This document shows, in pieces, positions 25,561 to 37,664 of a stretch of 64,000 bases of DNA. The notes under the pieces were generated by a model. That model did not search any database and was not told the origin of the DNA. It was given only the letters and a program-made list of their open reading frames with translations. The translations under genes were made by a program, and so were the position numbers. Source of the stretch: Parasitella parasitica NRRL 2501. Lineage: Eukaryota; Fungi; Mucoromycota. The stretch spans positions 31,942 through 95,941 of the forward strand of contig MU619285.1 of NCBI GenBank assembly GCA_025201805.1, read 5' to 3'. Positions within the stretch are counted from its first letter, which is position 1, and every line of letters starts with the position of its first letter.

Positions 25561-26082
25561 TCCCACATCCATGGCAGGGATTGTTCCTAGAATAGTGTGA
25601 TATACAGCGCAAAAAGATGCTATGGTAACTATAGCCAGAGTGCGAGCGCTCTTGGTAGATTCTACTGTTGTTGGTCTACCTGCGGCCAAAATAGTATATT
25701 TAATATTCACCTTACTGCTCCTCATTTTAACAACGAATATCTGATGTGTATCAAAGCACAATTCCTTTCAATATGTGAGGTTCATTTTGAAACGCGTAAG
25801 CATTATAAAGCTCTCAAAACAGTAGTAATTTCTTTGCCATTTTGATTGTGATTTCAAAAAACAAGGTCAAGGCCGTAAAGCAGATGCCAAAAGGTAATCC
25901 CAGCAGAGATAGGCTATTTGACGTACCAAAGGGATATAGACAGATGACATTCTTACCTGTATGGCTACTAGAGGAAGGTACTTGGAGAGAAAATCTCAGC
26001 TCTTAAAGAAGGAAAGGAGTATGTGGGGTTCTTTTTGTTTAGGAAAAATTCTTTGAGTATGCTCCGTTTTTATGTCTCCAAA

Positions 26083-26205
26083 TGCTCCTGAACTGAATCC
26101 AATCGAGCAGTTCTGATCAGTCATCAAGAGTAAAGCGAAACGAAATAAGTTTTGGAAAAAAGAATCACTCATGATAAGAATTAGCAAAGCATGTGATAGT
26201 TTATA
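26083..26205 (+). mobile_element. Tc1/IS630 DDE C-terminal fragment, inverted relative to the adjacent element
   Basis: Translates to PELNPIEQF*SVIKSKAKRNKFWKKESLMIRISKACDSL and is a near reverse complement of 26450-26568. Confidence 0.85.
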
Positions 26206-26296
26206 CTTCGCGTTGACAGGGAAGGTGTACTGGGTCTGCAGGTTATTGGCAAAATGGTTACGTTTTATGTCTTGGTTTTGCCATCAAGAGGATTTT

Positions 26297-27424
26297 ATGT
26301 CGTGTCCCCCCCCCCCCCCCGAGTGCTTAACAAATTTCCCCTTTTTTCATTTTTTTTTTGTATTGGATATTTTAGAGCCTCTCTTTGTTGAGACACTTGT
26401 CAAAGCATTTAACAGAATGAGAAACCAAACCCTTTAAAATCACTTAAAATATAAACTATCACATGCTTCGCAAATTCTTGTCATGAGTGATTCTTTTTCC
26501 AAAACTTATTTCGATTCACGTAACTCTTGACGACTGACTAGAACTGCTCGATTGGATTCAGTTCAGGAGAATATAGAGGAAGATCCACATACTGATATCC
26601 CCGAGAATTGATATAATTACCTATATCGGTTGAGCTGTGGATAGGAGCCTTATCCATGACAAAGTAATGTCCCTTCATTTCTGGATATCAGTCCATTTCA
26701 TCAAGAGTAGCCTTCACAAAGCTCAAATAATGCCCTGTCACTGTTCCTGTGCTATAAATATCCAGCTTTCTCTTTTTAATACGTTTTGGAACTCTCAAAC
26801 TAACATTAATTAAGCCAGTGGCCGATATGGCACCTAAAATAGACGTTGCTTTCGCTTTAGTCATAAGCACTGTAACTATTGCAGGAGTTCCTTTCTTTGA
26901 CCTAACCATACCTCGTTTCAAATTAATGTGAAAGGCTGATTCATCCAGAAAGACACAGTTTATTGCAACGTCCATGTCAGTTTGCTGCCACTTTTGGACC
27001 CAAACGTATCTTTGAGCTGCACGAATATAAATACCTAATTGTCTCAAGGCAGCAGAAGCACTTGAGCATTTGCTAAAAAATAGGTGAAAAAATCTCGTTT
27101 TCTCATCATCAGAGTAAACTGTGTAGCATCGCTTGTTGAATAACTCCATATCAACATCATTGTTCCTATCGTCTGAAACTGGATGCATTACAGGATTAGA
27201 ATATTTTTTCAGAGGCTTATTCATTTGGAATTTGAGTACGAGAACTTATTGTTTCGTTAGCGAATAGCTCCTCGTCAACAACAAGATTCATTGGCTGAAC
27301 TCCATGCTCATCAACAACATGTCCTTGTCCATCTTCGTAAAGAAATTGCATACTCATTTTATATGTCTATAAAATAAATTTTAAATAGTAAAAAAGGTTG
27401 GACACAAGTTTTTTTGCACGACAT
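26297..27424 (-). mobile_element. Defective Tc1/mariner-IS630 (DDE_3) DNA transposon
   Basis: Starts MSMQFLYEDGQGHVVDEHG. HTH block SASAALRQLGIYIRAAQR, then CVFLDESAFHINLKR, SILGAIS, GTVTGHYLSF and YSPELNPIE. Frameshifts, stops and an internal deletion are present. Candidate terminal inverted 8-mers are ATGTCGTG (26297-26304) and CACGACAT (27417-27424). Confidence 0.9.
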
Positions 27425-27753
27425 CAAACTCAAAATCAGCAACTTTACATTTAAAATGACTGTATTTAGTATTAAAAATAAAAAAAGGTATTGTAATCTA
27501 TAGATTCTAAAAATTAGTGTGTAATAAAAAAGGGTATGAGACCAGCCAGAATGGGCCGCATAATGTATTAATGGATAAAGTAAGGGAGAAAAAAGTGCGC
27601 ATCATAACATGTATATATAAAGTGGTATATGAGAAGAAATTAAATAACGGCCGTTAGGGTCATAATAAAGGAATTAGTATAAGTATTGTTGTTGTTTGAA
27701 CTATTCTTTGACTTTTTTTTTTTGTTGTTGTTTTGTTGTGTTTTCTGTGGGTT

Positions 27754-28783
27754 TTACATAAGCTGCAAGAGAGCAGGATTGATATATTTGACTGGTGTTT
27801 CATAAGTTTCTTGCATGACGTTGTGTTGCTCTGCAACAAAAGCATCACAAGGTTCGGACCAGCTGAATTCTTGAGTAGGCTTGGGGGCATTGTTGTAGTT
27901 TACGTTGGAGTGCTCAGAGTGAAAGTAATCGACAGCTCCCATTTGATAGTAGTTGTTGTAGCCGTAAGCATTGGAGTCATTGATGCAAGGTGAATCAAGT
28001 ACGCTGAAAGGTGAGATGGACTCAGCATAGTAAGATGAGGGTGCTACGACTGTGGTGGTGGTCGATGAAGGATAGCAAACAGCAGAGCAAGATACTGGGC
28101 TGGAAGCTTCAAATTCACTGTAGTCAGAGTAGGGACTGACGTGAGGAGAATCAAATGGGGTAGTAGCGGGAGAAGAGCAAGAAGCAAATGACATTGGAGG
28201 GGAAACAGAGTAGGTAGAGCGGTAGCAGATGTCTTCGCTTTCAGACTTGGCAGCAATTGGAGCCCATTCAGGTTGAGGACTAGCTGTGGAATCGGTCGAG
28301 CCAGAAGCAGCGTTGGTATCGTTTGCAGAAAGTTGCTTCAAAGCAGATGGATCTTCGTAAATCATCTCCATAAGCATGTTGTTCTCCTTGGCACGAGAAG
28401 TGAATTGTTGTTTTTTGTTTCTGCGGATGTAAATACGCTTTGGAGTCACCTTTTTCTTTGGGGCGTACTTGTAGTCAGGATACCTGAGAACAAACGAGCA
28501 TGAGTAACCAGGAAAAATGATGTCAAAAATTCAAAGCTTTAAATACTTACAATGCGTTATGTTCTTGCTTGGCGATTCTGGCTCTCTCGCGAAATGGCTT
28601 CTTTTCTTCCTCGGTTGCCTCCTGCCACCACTTGGCAATGATTTTGGAGATGTCGCGGTGATTTGCAGTTGGACATTTGGCAACGATTTCCTTTTGCTTT
28701 TCAAGGCGATACATTAAAAAGCAATTCAAAGGTCTTGGGATTTGAGCTTGTTGTTGATTATTTTGTTTATTAATTTTAGTCAT
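27754..28783 (-). CDS. MATA-type/SOX-like HMG-box transcription factor, 2 exons (intron 28484-28550)
   Basis: IPRPLNCFLMYR...NHRDISKIIAKWW..ATEEEKKPF..RA..AKQEHNAL|YPDYKYAPKKK, followed by a Ser/Pro-rich tail. Confidence 0.94.
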
Positions 28784-31700
28784 GGTTGATTATTAGAGAA
28801 AAAGATATTTGTAAAGTATACACAAACAATCGAAAGAGGTTGATTTTCGGCTCTATTTATTCTATTTTGCAACAAGAAATCTGCGAGGCACAGAGAGATC
28901 TCCCACCCAATGGCAACGCTTCCACAGTTGCAAATTTGAAAGCTTAATATTTTTTTAGGCGCTTAGTAGGCCCCCCTTTTTTAGCCGTTCCCCAGCTCCT
29001 CCCAGCCCCTCTTTTTCGCTTCTGCCTCCTAATGTGCATGATGCTTCTGTTGTTTATTACTTTTTTGCCTACTCCCTATGCTCTAGATATATATGGTCAA
29101 ACACCGCTTCAGGCTTATTGCGTCCCCTTTACAGATTAATCGAGGCGTTTTTTTTTTCTAACAGAGATGTTGCTTAATTGCTTGACCCTGAGTTAATTCA
29201 TTGTAAGATCAAAACATGGCAACCGAGGAATAGATTATAGATTTTCCCTCCCTCTTGATATTAAAAAAAAACAGAGAATAACATAGATACTTTATTTCAT
29301 TATTCACAATTTTAAAATATGCAGTATTATTACTATTTGTTGCAGAATTAAGATACTTGACAGCAAATATCGTCAACTATCGTGCTACATTTTTTTTATT
29401 CGACATAACCTTACTGGTTTCATTTGTTCTATGAGTTGAAGCAAGGGAACCCTGGCATGTTTATCTTGATCTTGTGTCAACTTGGGCGTCAGCTAAAGAG
29501 TTGAAGAGGAATGACTCAACTAATTTCGCTGCAAAGGAGTATGTAGCTTTACCACGTTTTTCGTTTATTATCACTATCATGAATGATCAGAAACTTGACA
29601 ATAATGAATGTATCTGCATATTGAGTAAGAGAGAACGGGCTAAATGAAGATGCATTAGGTTCGAATGTATACTTCAAACTTGTATAGATCCCCTAGAATT
29701 TAATCTAAATGTTACCTGGATGAGTCTTGCTCTGTTTTTTTTTTTTTTTTTTTTTTTTTTTCTACATTGGATATAATACTGAAGCAATAGCTGTACAGCA
29801 CAGTCGTAGCCAGGCTACTAGTGATCTTCTTTCCATGTTTATGCTCCATGGTTAGTACATAAACAAAAAGTAAACACAAATAAACGCTTTGAATTTCTAT
29901 AGGTGCGTCTTGCATATATTTACGCGAATAAAACAGGAAGAAAAACAAAAAGACCCCTATACCATCATCTAACGATGTCCAAATATGTACATGTCCTCTC
30001 GATTGTTCAGTTTAGTAATCGAACTCTAAATCGCCTTCTGCTCTGTAGCCTTGGTAATTGAAATCTAAGATGGATATTATCACAATATGGCGTTTTAATA
30101 GATACATGCATTATCGCAGTCATTTTACATTTCTGTACCTAATACATGTGTCATAATCGTCAGATCTGATGATTTCCCTCCTTTTGCGTTTTGTGTAGTC
30201 TCTCTCTTTGACCTGATAGTAAAAAGTGATAATCCATCGATAGACTTGGACGCACGACTAATTATAGCTAAATCAAAGTGATAGTCCTCTGAAAATCAAG
30301 AGTAATCTGAGAACACGCCTTCCTGTTGTCATACATTTGTGTGCGGATTGCACATTAATTTTGTAACAGTAGTATACACACACAGGTCAGATTGAACATT
30401 TCGTTCGAATACATGTAATTATGCCTGTGCATTGCAAATAGCTTGCTGCTATTTGCTGTGTTTTACCCTGTAAATTATTTCATGCAAGCAAATGATTCAA
30501 CATTTTCTACTTCCTATATATTTGTGCCACTCAGTATATAAATATATTTTTTGCGATATATACTATGTGATAAAAATATCAAACTTCAAATTTAGAGTTT
30601 CCAGAAATAATACAGGCCATCTGGACATTTGTTGTTTTGCGTTAAAAGTAAACCCAGAAGCAGATGTGTATGAAATACATTCAATTAGTCGTTGTAATGA
30701 TAAATAAATAAATAGAAAAAGATCAACATGCCTCATTAAAATAGAATAGAAGGTACACTGACAAACGACGTTTTTCACGCACTATCTGAAAATTGTTAAC
30801 GTAGGCATACGGTGTTGATAGCTATGCCCTTTACCAAATATGATGTGAAATGAGCGACCTTTACACATCATATTAAAATTTCAGGAGTTAATTGGCGGTG
30901 ATGCTAATGTATGATACAGCCATGTATTTAGTGAACGTGCTCTCAAATTAGAGCGCCAAAAGGACTATTTAGTGGTTAGTAAATCTATTAGTATGCATGA
31001 AAAAAACCTAAACTAAAGGCATCAAAGTGCGTGCACGCTCTACTGACTACAATGAAATTATTTATATTATATGCTGTTTGCAGGGAATATTTTATTTAAT
31101 CTAATATTTCAAACAACAAAAAACTCGTTTTTTATGCAGGAGTCCGCGGGCTTGTTAGAGGGCAAAAATAATCCCTGAATTTAAATGCCCAAGCTGGGTC
31201 AATCATCGTAACCTGAAGATTTCGCATTTATTACTTGCTAAAATGATGAATTTACGTCTGTTTGCATAAACTCTTACATCAACAGTAATTTGCTATATTT
31301 ATGTGTACTTGTATGCGTGTAAATATTAGTTGTGTCATTTGATACATATTACAGAAGCAATGTACTATAATTTGCCTTCTTCCCACCCAAATACGTTATG
31401 CAGAATGACCAAAATAACTCACCACTCGTCTGGCTCTAGTGAGATTAAAGATTTGGGCATCTACGCCCATCTTAATGTCTTTTAGGATCATCGAACAGAT
31501 CTGCATAAATATCTAGCAATCCGGGAGATGTACGCAAATAAATACTAGCGGGGGTTTCATGCTTGATATGGTAATTGGGATGACTTTGGATTGATTTTCC
31601 CACATCTTTTATGCATCAACAAAATTGATTTGCCCCCCCCCCCTCTTCTTAGTTTATCAGTGAAAATGATATAATATAGATACTCTAAGCTGCATAAAAT

Positions 31701-32020
31701 ATTTATATTACAGTTCTTCAGATGACCTTTATATAATACTATTATTGTGATATGTATCATTAAACAACGTTTAGCAGATGAAAAAGCAAAAATTGATGCA
31801 AAAGATAGATGAAAGCGAAAAGTATATGTTTACATAAAAAAACCGCCAGATCAGCATCGTCGATTAAAACGATAAAAGGGTTTGCGTATGGAGATTCACC
31901 ATGTTTTAGGCAATTTTCGTTCATTTGTTTGCTTTAAACCTTATTCGCAATCGTTCCTGAGTCTGGTGACATAAAAAGAAGTTCCTCATTCATACTGTAT
32001 CGATATACTGTAGTTTGAGG

Positions 32021-34225
32021 GAGCGTATCTTCAACCATTATCAGGAACAAATTCCTGATACCGCAAGAAGCACTACTTCGTAGGAGTCTTTTTGGAGAGA
32101 TATTTTGAAGCATGTCTCAAAGTATTGCGGGCTCTTGGCCCAGTGTAGCTAATCTCCCAGAAGTGGCGAAAATGAAGAGGATATTTTTAGTAATCTATAC
32201 AATTTAAACAGGATCAACTAGTAATTTATTTTATCTGCAACAGCAAAATAGAGTAGTAGAATTTAATGCCAACGAGTTCAAAAAGTCATTTGGCTTGACG
32301 CACTGCTATAGCATCCTTACTAGATCTTTAAAATCAAGTGATACAGTGAGTTCTTCCTCACAACGTGCCGCTTGTCGGTCGAATGCTGCTGCAGTGTCTC
32401 GACCCACTTCTAACGAAGTTGCTGCCGAGGAGATTGGCGAAGATGTTGATGGTACTTTCCAGCGTCCTGAAGAGCGCAAGCAGGCCAAAGATAAAGGGAA
32501 AGCAGAAGCGTCGCTTGGAAGAGATTTATAAGGAGCTGGCATTTCTTCAACATTTGTTACTTGAGGACCAAAAAAAAAAACGATTCGAATGGAAGATTTT
32601 ATTGAATTTGAAAAAGAATGATGGAATCTAAGAGGACAAAATACTCCAAGGAAAAAGACAACAATGGCATTCAATAAAAATGAATAGTTCATTTTGCTCA
32701 AATCTTATTAGCTATGTGTTAATATATTTTTGATTTATTATTATAGGAATCAAGAAGGAAACAGAGCTGTATAGTTGTGATCTGCTCAAAGATAATCAAC
32801 AATATCTTTTTGAAGACAACTATGAATATGAGAATTTCTGATGGGATTGTATCCAGAAACTAAATTTTTGATCGCATCACATCTAGTGGGCCGTACCCTT
32901 CCAGTTTTCGAAGCAGGAACATAGCAATCATCAACATCCTCGACAATCTTATTGTGCAATACGATGCAAGTCTTTATAATGAAAGCAAGATCAATCAAGG
33001 ACCGTTGCCTTGCAAGGCCGGCTACAATGTCCCAGCGAGCTTGTAGAACACCAAAGGTTTTCCCAACACCTTTGACGTAATCCTCCTGAGCTTTAGCGAA
33101 TAACTAAGTATATAGAGTTAATATTTGAACATGTATTAGTTTGAATCATGTACACATTTCCGTTATAATTACTTTCTCTTTCTAAGTAAAAGGCTCAGCA
33201 ATGGCAGAAATCAAAGCACCATGATTTAGGTAGATTCCGTCTACCAAATAGTATCCAAACTCGTAATGGTGACCATTGACTCTAAAACTGGTACAAGCAC
33301 CTACAGCATTCTGTGCAGATCCAAACAAAAGAGAGGAATCGAGGACATTAATGTCATTTAGAGTACCTGGGGGGTGCCAAAAAAAAAAAGAAAAAAGCAT
33401 GCCAGATCCATGAAATCATAAGAAGCAATAGCTTCCAGGATTGTGGAGGGGGGACTTTCTCCTTGCCACAGTAAATCCCATGCCATGCAGTTGGACAGCT
33501 CTTCCACGTCCAATACATACAACGCAAAGATCCAAGCATCGCCAGGCAGTTTCTGTCTTCAGCCTTTACAGATAAGCGTCGAATAGCATCAGCGTTAGGC
33601 TCGCAAAAATATTCTGCTTCGTACTTGCCTACAATCGCTTTGTAAAAATGCTGCCGGCTAGCGATTGCAGTGGACTCGCTAATACGGATGTATTCATCCA
33701 CTGAGTTGGCAGGAATACCGTAAGCCCATTGTCGAATTGCTGCAACAACCTTTTGCAAAGATGAGAGACCAAGTCCCCCAGCAGCATCTCTTTTTTGGAC
33801 GAAATATTCATCAAATTCTTCGATTTTCGTCCAGATCTTGACAAACAAGCTTTATCTCATACGGAAACGATGTCTGAAGTTGTCAGAATAAGCAGCACTA
33901 ACTTTAAAGTAAACTACCAAGGCGATTAATATCATTGCGGTGAGTACCACTATCTCTCCTGGCACTGTTGGTTCCTTCTAGTAAAGATATTTCCATAATA
34001 AGGTTTTGAATGCTTTCTTCCAACATTGCTATAGCAAGATCTTCAGAATCATTAAAGAAAAATTGTCTATTCGTATTTATGATTTATGGTGGTAATTATT
34101 ATTATAGATTTATATTGTTTGAGCGAAACAAAATTCTGAAGTGCGTTTTATTTATAATTTTCGTGGTAAAAAAAAGGGGGTGCTTTAAATGGCTTTATGT
34201 TCAGTATTTCTGCTGGAGATGCTCT
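32021..34225. mobile_element. Decayed PIF/Harbinger transposon: minus-strand DDE transposase plus convergent plus-strand accessory (Myb/NAM-like) ORF
   Basis: Minus strand: QKRDAAG.LGLSSLQK..AAIRQ.AYG, GSLRCMYWTWKSCPTAWHG, WIWHAFF, PGTLNDINVLD and YYLVDGIY, with frameshifts. Plus strand: HCYSIL...RPEERKQAK. Right end TGCTGGAGATGCTCT (reverse complement AGAGCATCTCCAGCA) is followed by TAA. The degenerate left end GAGCGTATCTTCAAC is at 32021. Confidence 0.88.
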
Positions 34226-34630
34226 TAAGTACATTCATAGCTACAAAGCACGGTTCAACAGCTGAAAAAGAAAGGAGAGGAAATGCCATTATTTGTTATA
34301 TACTAAAGAATATAAAACAAGTTGCTATTGTGTCTACTTTCCTTAAATCAGATTCTAGTTTAACCAGATACACAGCAATAAAACCAGACCCCAATCTATA
34401 TTTTGCGAACAACTTACTTAGCGATGTTCACCCAGAAGTCTACCAACTCAAGGCTACTGGTTTCAAGTGTGTTTAAAGTTTATTCTGTAGCCATTTGAAT
34501 GTCTTCAAGAGCAGCATCTATCTCGCAAGGCAAGTTCAAGTGCCTAAAAGAAAATCCTTCATTGGTAGATATAGAATCCCTTAGGTTCATTTACAATTAC
34601 GAAAAAAGGTTGTTTTGATTTTTCTAAGAG

Positions 34631-34849
34631 GTTGTCTCCGTTCCGGCTTATAATGTGGTAAATGCTTTCTGAGCCACGCTTTATTTGCATCATATTTAAA
34701 TAATAATAATAAAGACTCTACTTTTGTCTTCCTTCTTCATATCTTTTTAACTCCATGAAAAACTCGATTTTGTTTGGGAAAAAGAAAGATCACCAAAGAT
34801 GATACCAAAGGCGGGTATTAATAATTTTGGGGGCTGGAACGGAGGCAAC
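34631..34849. mobile_element. MITE-like element (~219 bp) with 17-bp terminal inverted repeats
   Basis: GTTGTCTCCGTTCCGGC (34631-34647) and GCTGGAACGGAGGCAAC (34833-34849) are reverse complements with 2 mismatches. The interior is AT-rich and non-coding. Confidence 0.7.
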
Positions 34850-34879
34850 TGAGATTGTCTTGAGCATAACAGCGCCCAG

Positions 34880-35380
34880 ATAAAGACCTAATGTCCAAAA
34901 AATCTTCCAAGATCCCATAGTGATCAACTACATTACCACAACTTTGACAAACACTCAAAATGACTACCATGTTGGAAACCCCAATGGTGCGATGAAACGC
35001 GTTTGAATGTGGTCAGTTCTTAATCTCCCACCAATTAGTATGGAAATCCAGCACACCGGTAATCAATTGTTTCTAAAGAGAGCAGTTAATTACTGCCTAC
35101 AGGCCCTCAAAAGATATAAGGTGAATCCCATCATTCTGATTGTATGTGTTGATACTTTACATAGTGATACTGTTCAATATGCAACGGCTAGTCGTTTCCC
35201 TGGTGGTTATACCTTTTCCTCCTATCCTTGGACTGCGGACTGTATTATTCTTTCCAAAGTAGATCTTGGTGAAGGCAATAAAGATACACCTTAAACCCAT
35301 TTATGGCACTTTAATTGTTTTTTACACATCGCGCTCTTTCTATCGTGAATTTTCCTTTTATTGATGACACACTGCTGATA
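34880..35380 (+). pseudogene. Frameshifted PD-(D/E)xK nuclease-like (Rpn/PDDEXK_2-like) gene relic
   Basis: Reconstructed: DLMSK/KIFQDPIVINYITTTL...W.DETR..VV / LPPISMEIQHTGNQLFLKRAVNYCLQA.KRYKVNPIILIVC. It shows DxxxKxIF and EIQ..F.KR..Y patterns like Rpn-family nucleases. Confidence 0.55.
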
Positions 35381-35400
35381 ACATCGACGAGAGGATTTCA

Positions 35401-35550
35401 AAGAGAGGACACAAAAGCATTTGCCTCCCTCCGTATTCGCCTGAGCTGAATCCTATCGAGAGCTTCTGGTCTACAATAAAAGCCCACGTCAAGAGAATTA
35501 AGTTTTCTGGCAACGAAGACCTTAAGACAAGAGTAGCCGAGGCATCTAAC
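35401..35550 (+). mobile_element. Tc1/IS630 DDE C-terminal fragment
   Basis: Translates to KRGHKSICLPPYSPELNPIESFWSTIKAHVKRIKFSGNEDLKTRVAEASN. Confidence 0.85.
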
Positions 35551-36438
35551 GGGGATAAGATCTAGGAGATAAGAGAAATTGTATCCATCCTAATATGGCA
35601 TATCATGTTCAACGTATTGACAGGGATGGTTTCATACTGGCATGAAGTCAATGATCTGATATTTTACTTCTAAAACGAGTTCATATTGATTAGCAACCAG
35701 TCCATTACATCTATTGTTGAAAAAGACCTAGATATACTAGAGATATTACTCCTTGTAAAACAGCCTTGGTTCCTAATGAGAAATTACACAAATAAAATAC
35801 GCTGGTAACAGTTCACAGCATTGACATAAAGTCTTGTTCCTTTGCCCATTCGCCGAGTGTTGTTTCAGCACTTGACACGTAATTTTAAGGTATACAATGG
35901 CACTTGATTCACGTCTAAAATCATTCTCGTGATTAGTTGAATTTTAGCGCACTCATCATTACTTTTTTTTTTTTTTTGGATAAACATGCAGTAGAAAACA
36001 CAGAAGAATTTTTATCTACAATAACCATACAGAAGCTTCATTACTGGAAATAGGCTTTATCTTGAATGATATATTAATTGTTGCCACATTTAAGACATAC
36101 TAAAACACACAGCTTTATTTCTTTTTTTTTTTTTTATAAGCCTAACAGCTTTATTTCAATATAATACCTTCCTAATGCGACTGTATGCGACTGTGTGTTT
36201 CAAACCCGCATTGCACTTGTTTGGCATCATAGACAGATCTGCAAATGCTGCAAGTTATATTACGGCTCCGTACCTCAGTTCCGTAGAGCAAAGTTCTCAT
36301 TTTATTGTTCACTCAGGTTGGTCTAATCAAAAGTTACCACTATAAACCTAAACTCTACCTTGTCTAAACAGTGTAAGCCTCCATGGTGGACCACATGTAA
36401 TCAATTACATGTCTTCAAGCGAGTCACTGCTCATTGAA

Positions 36439-36448
36439 NNNNNNNNNN
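36439..36448. other. Assembly gap
   Basis: 10 N bases before a poly-A tract. Confidence 1.
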
Positions 36449-36529
36449 AAAAAAAAAAAAAAAAAAAAAAAAAACCATTCCAGCAAGAGAACCATCTTTC
36501 TTCCACTCACAACCCTAAAATAGCCAAAG

Positions 36530-37298
36530 ATGCCTATGGACCCTTCCAAGTGGATTGATGTAACTACTGAAAAAAATCATTATTCTTTGGACCATTTTGT
36601 GATTCCAACACATTATGAGCAAGATGTGTCATCCATCTTGATTCCCCATGGTGTCATTATGGACAGAGTCAACAAGTTGGCCCGTTTGATCGTCGATGAT
36701 GCCACTGGACCTCTTGTTGTCTGTTGTATTCTGAAGGGTGGTCATCAGTACTTTGCCGATCTCGTCAATGCTGTCAAAAAACTGACCAACAAAGATGGTA
36801 AGACTATTCCTTTGAGTTTGGAATTTATTCGCGTAAAGTCATACAAAAATGACAAGTCAGAAGGTGTTACCATGTCTATTACTGATGAGGAGTGCAGAGA
36901 ATTCGAGGGAAAGGTAAATAGGACGAGGGCGCCACTAGAACATTCTGTGGTATTAACAGAGTCTATTTAGAATCTCTTGATCGTTGAAGATATTATCGAC
37001 ACTGGGGCCACTATGGTTCAGTTACTAAAGAAATTGGGAACCTTTTCGCCCAAGTCAGTCAAAGTCACCAGCCTATTGGTCAAAAAGACGCCCAGGAGCA
37101 ACGGTTATATTCCTGATTACGTGGGCTTCTCCATCCCAGATGAGTTTGTTGTTGGTTATGCTTTAGATTACAACGAGTATTTCCGCGATTTGGATCATAT
37201 TTGTGTTATTAGTGTAAGTGGAGAGAATGTGGGGAATGCATGTTGTTAACAAACGATTCCGTATACAGGAGCATGGCAAGAAAGCTTATGCTGTCTAA
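36530..37298 (+). CDS. HPRT1: Hypoxanthine-guanine phosphoribosyltransferase, 3 exons (36530-36913, 36971-37213, 37269-37298)
   Basis: [28 protein letters not shown]-binding [19 protein letters not shown] and [23 protein letters not shown]|EHGKKAYAV*. Confidence 0.96.
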
Positions 37299-37664
37299 TG
37301 GGTAATTTCTACAGTTGACTGTGTCAAATCAGTTGAGAGTAAACTGCAAAGGTGCCATTGCACGTTTGGTATGATAGAGATACCTGGAAAAATTAGTTAA
37401 TCATTTTCAATAAAACACAGTAAAAAAACGAAAAATCAACACAACCCTACTGCGAAAAGTCCAGACCAACGGAAGTCTGACAGTATGCCCTTTCTAATGT
37501 AATATTCTTTTTAATAGAGAGTTTTAGACAATAACTAGTAAACCGACAATGAGGAAAACAAAAAAAACAGAGTTGGGTTTGTTACAAACTGAACGAGATC
37601 AATATTTTGTTTGCTAAAGTAACAAACACGAAATATATGCTTTATTGAAGCAGTTAAAAGAGTA

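Noticed and set aside
27754-28783. HMG gene as the sexP/sexM mating-type locus
   Set aside because: No triose-phosphate transporter or RNA helicase gene flanks it (neighbours are DNA-PKcs and HPRT), and it has an intron in the HMG box. A paralogous HMG factor is more likely.
29600-29680. GGTTCGAAT tRNA B-box-like word
   Set aside because: No cloverleaf stems or A box around it.
28800-32000. Short ORFs (29712-29948, 30492-30778, 31557-31760) upstream of the HMG gene
   Set aside because: They are low-complexity, AT-driven frames without motifs or splice support.
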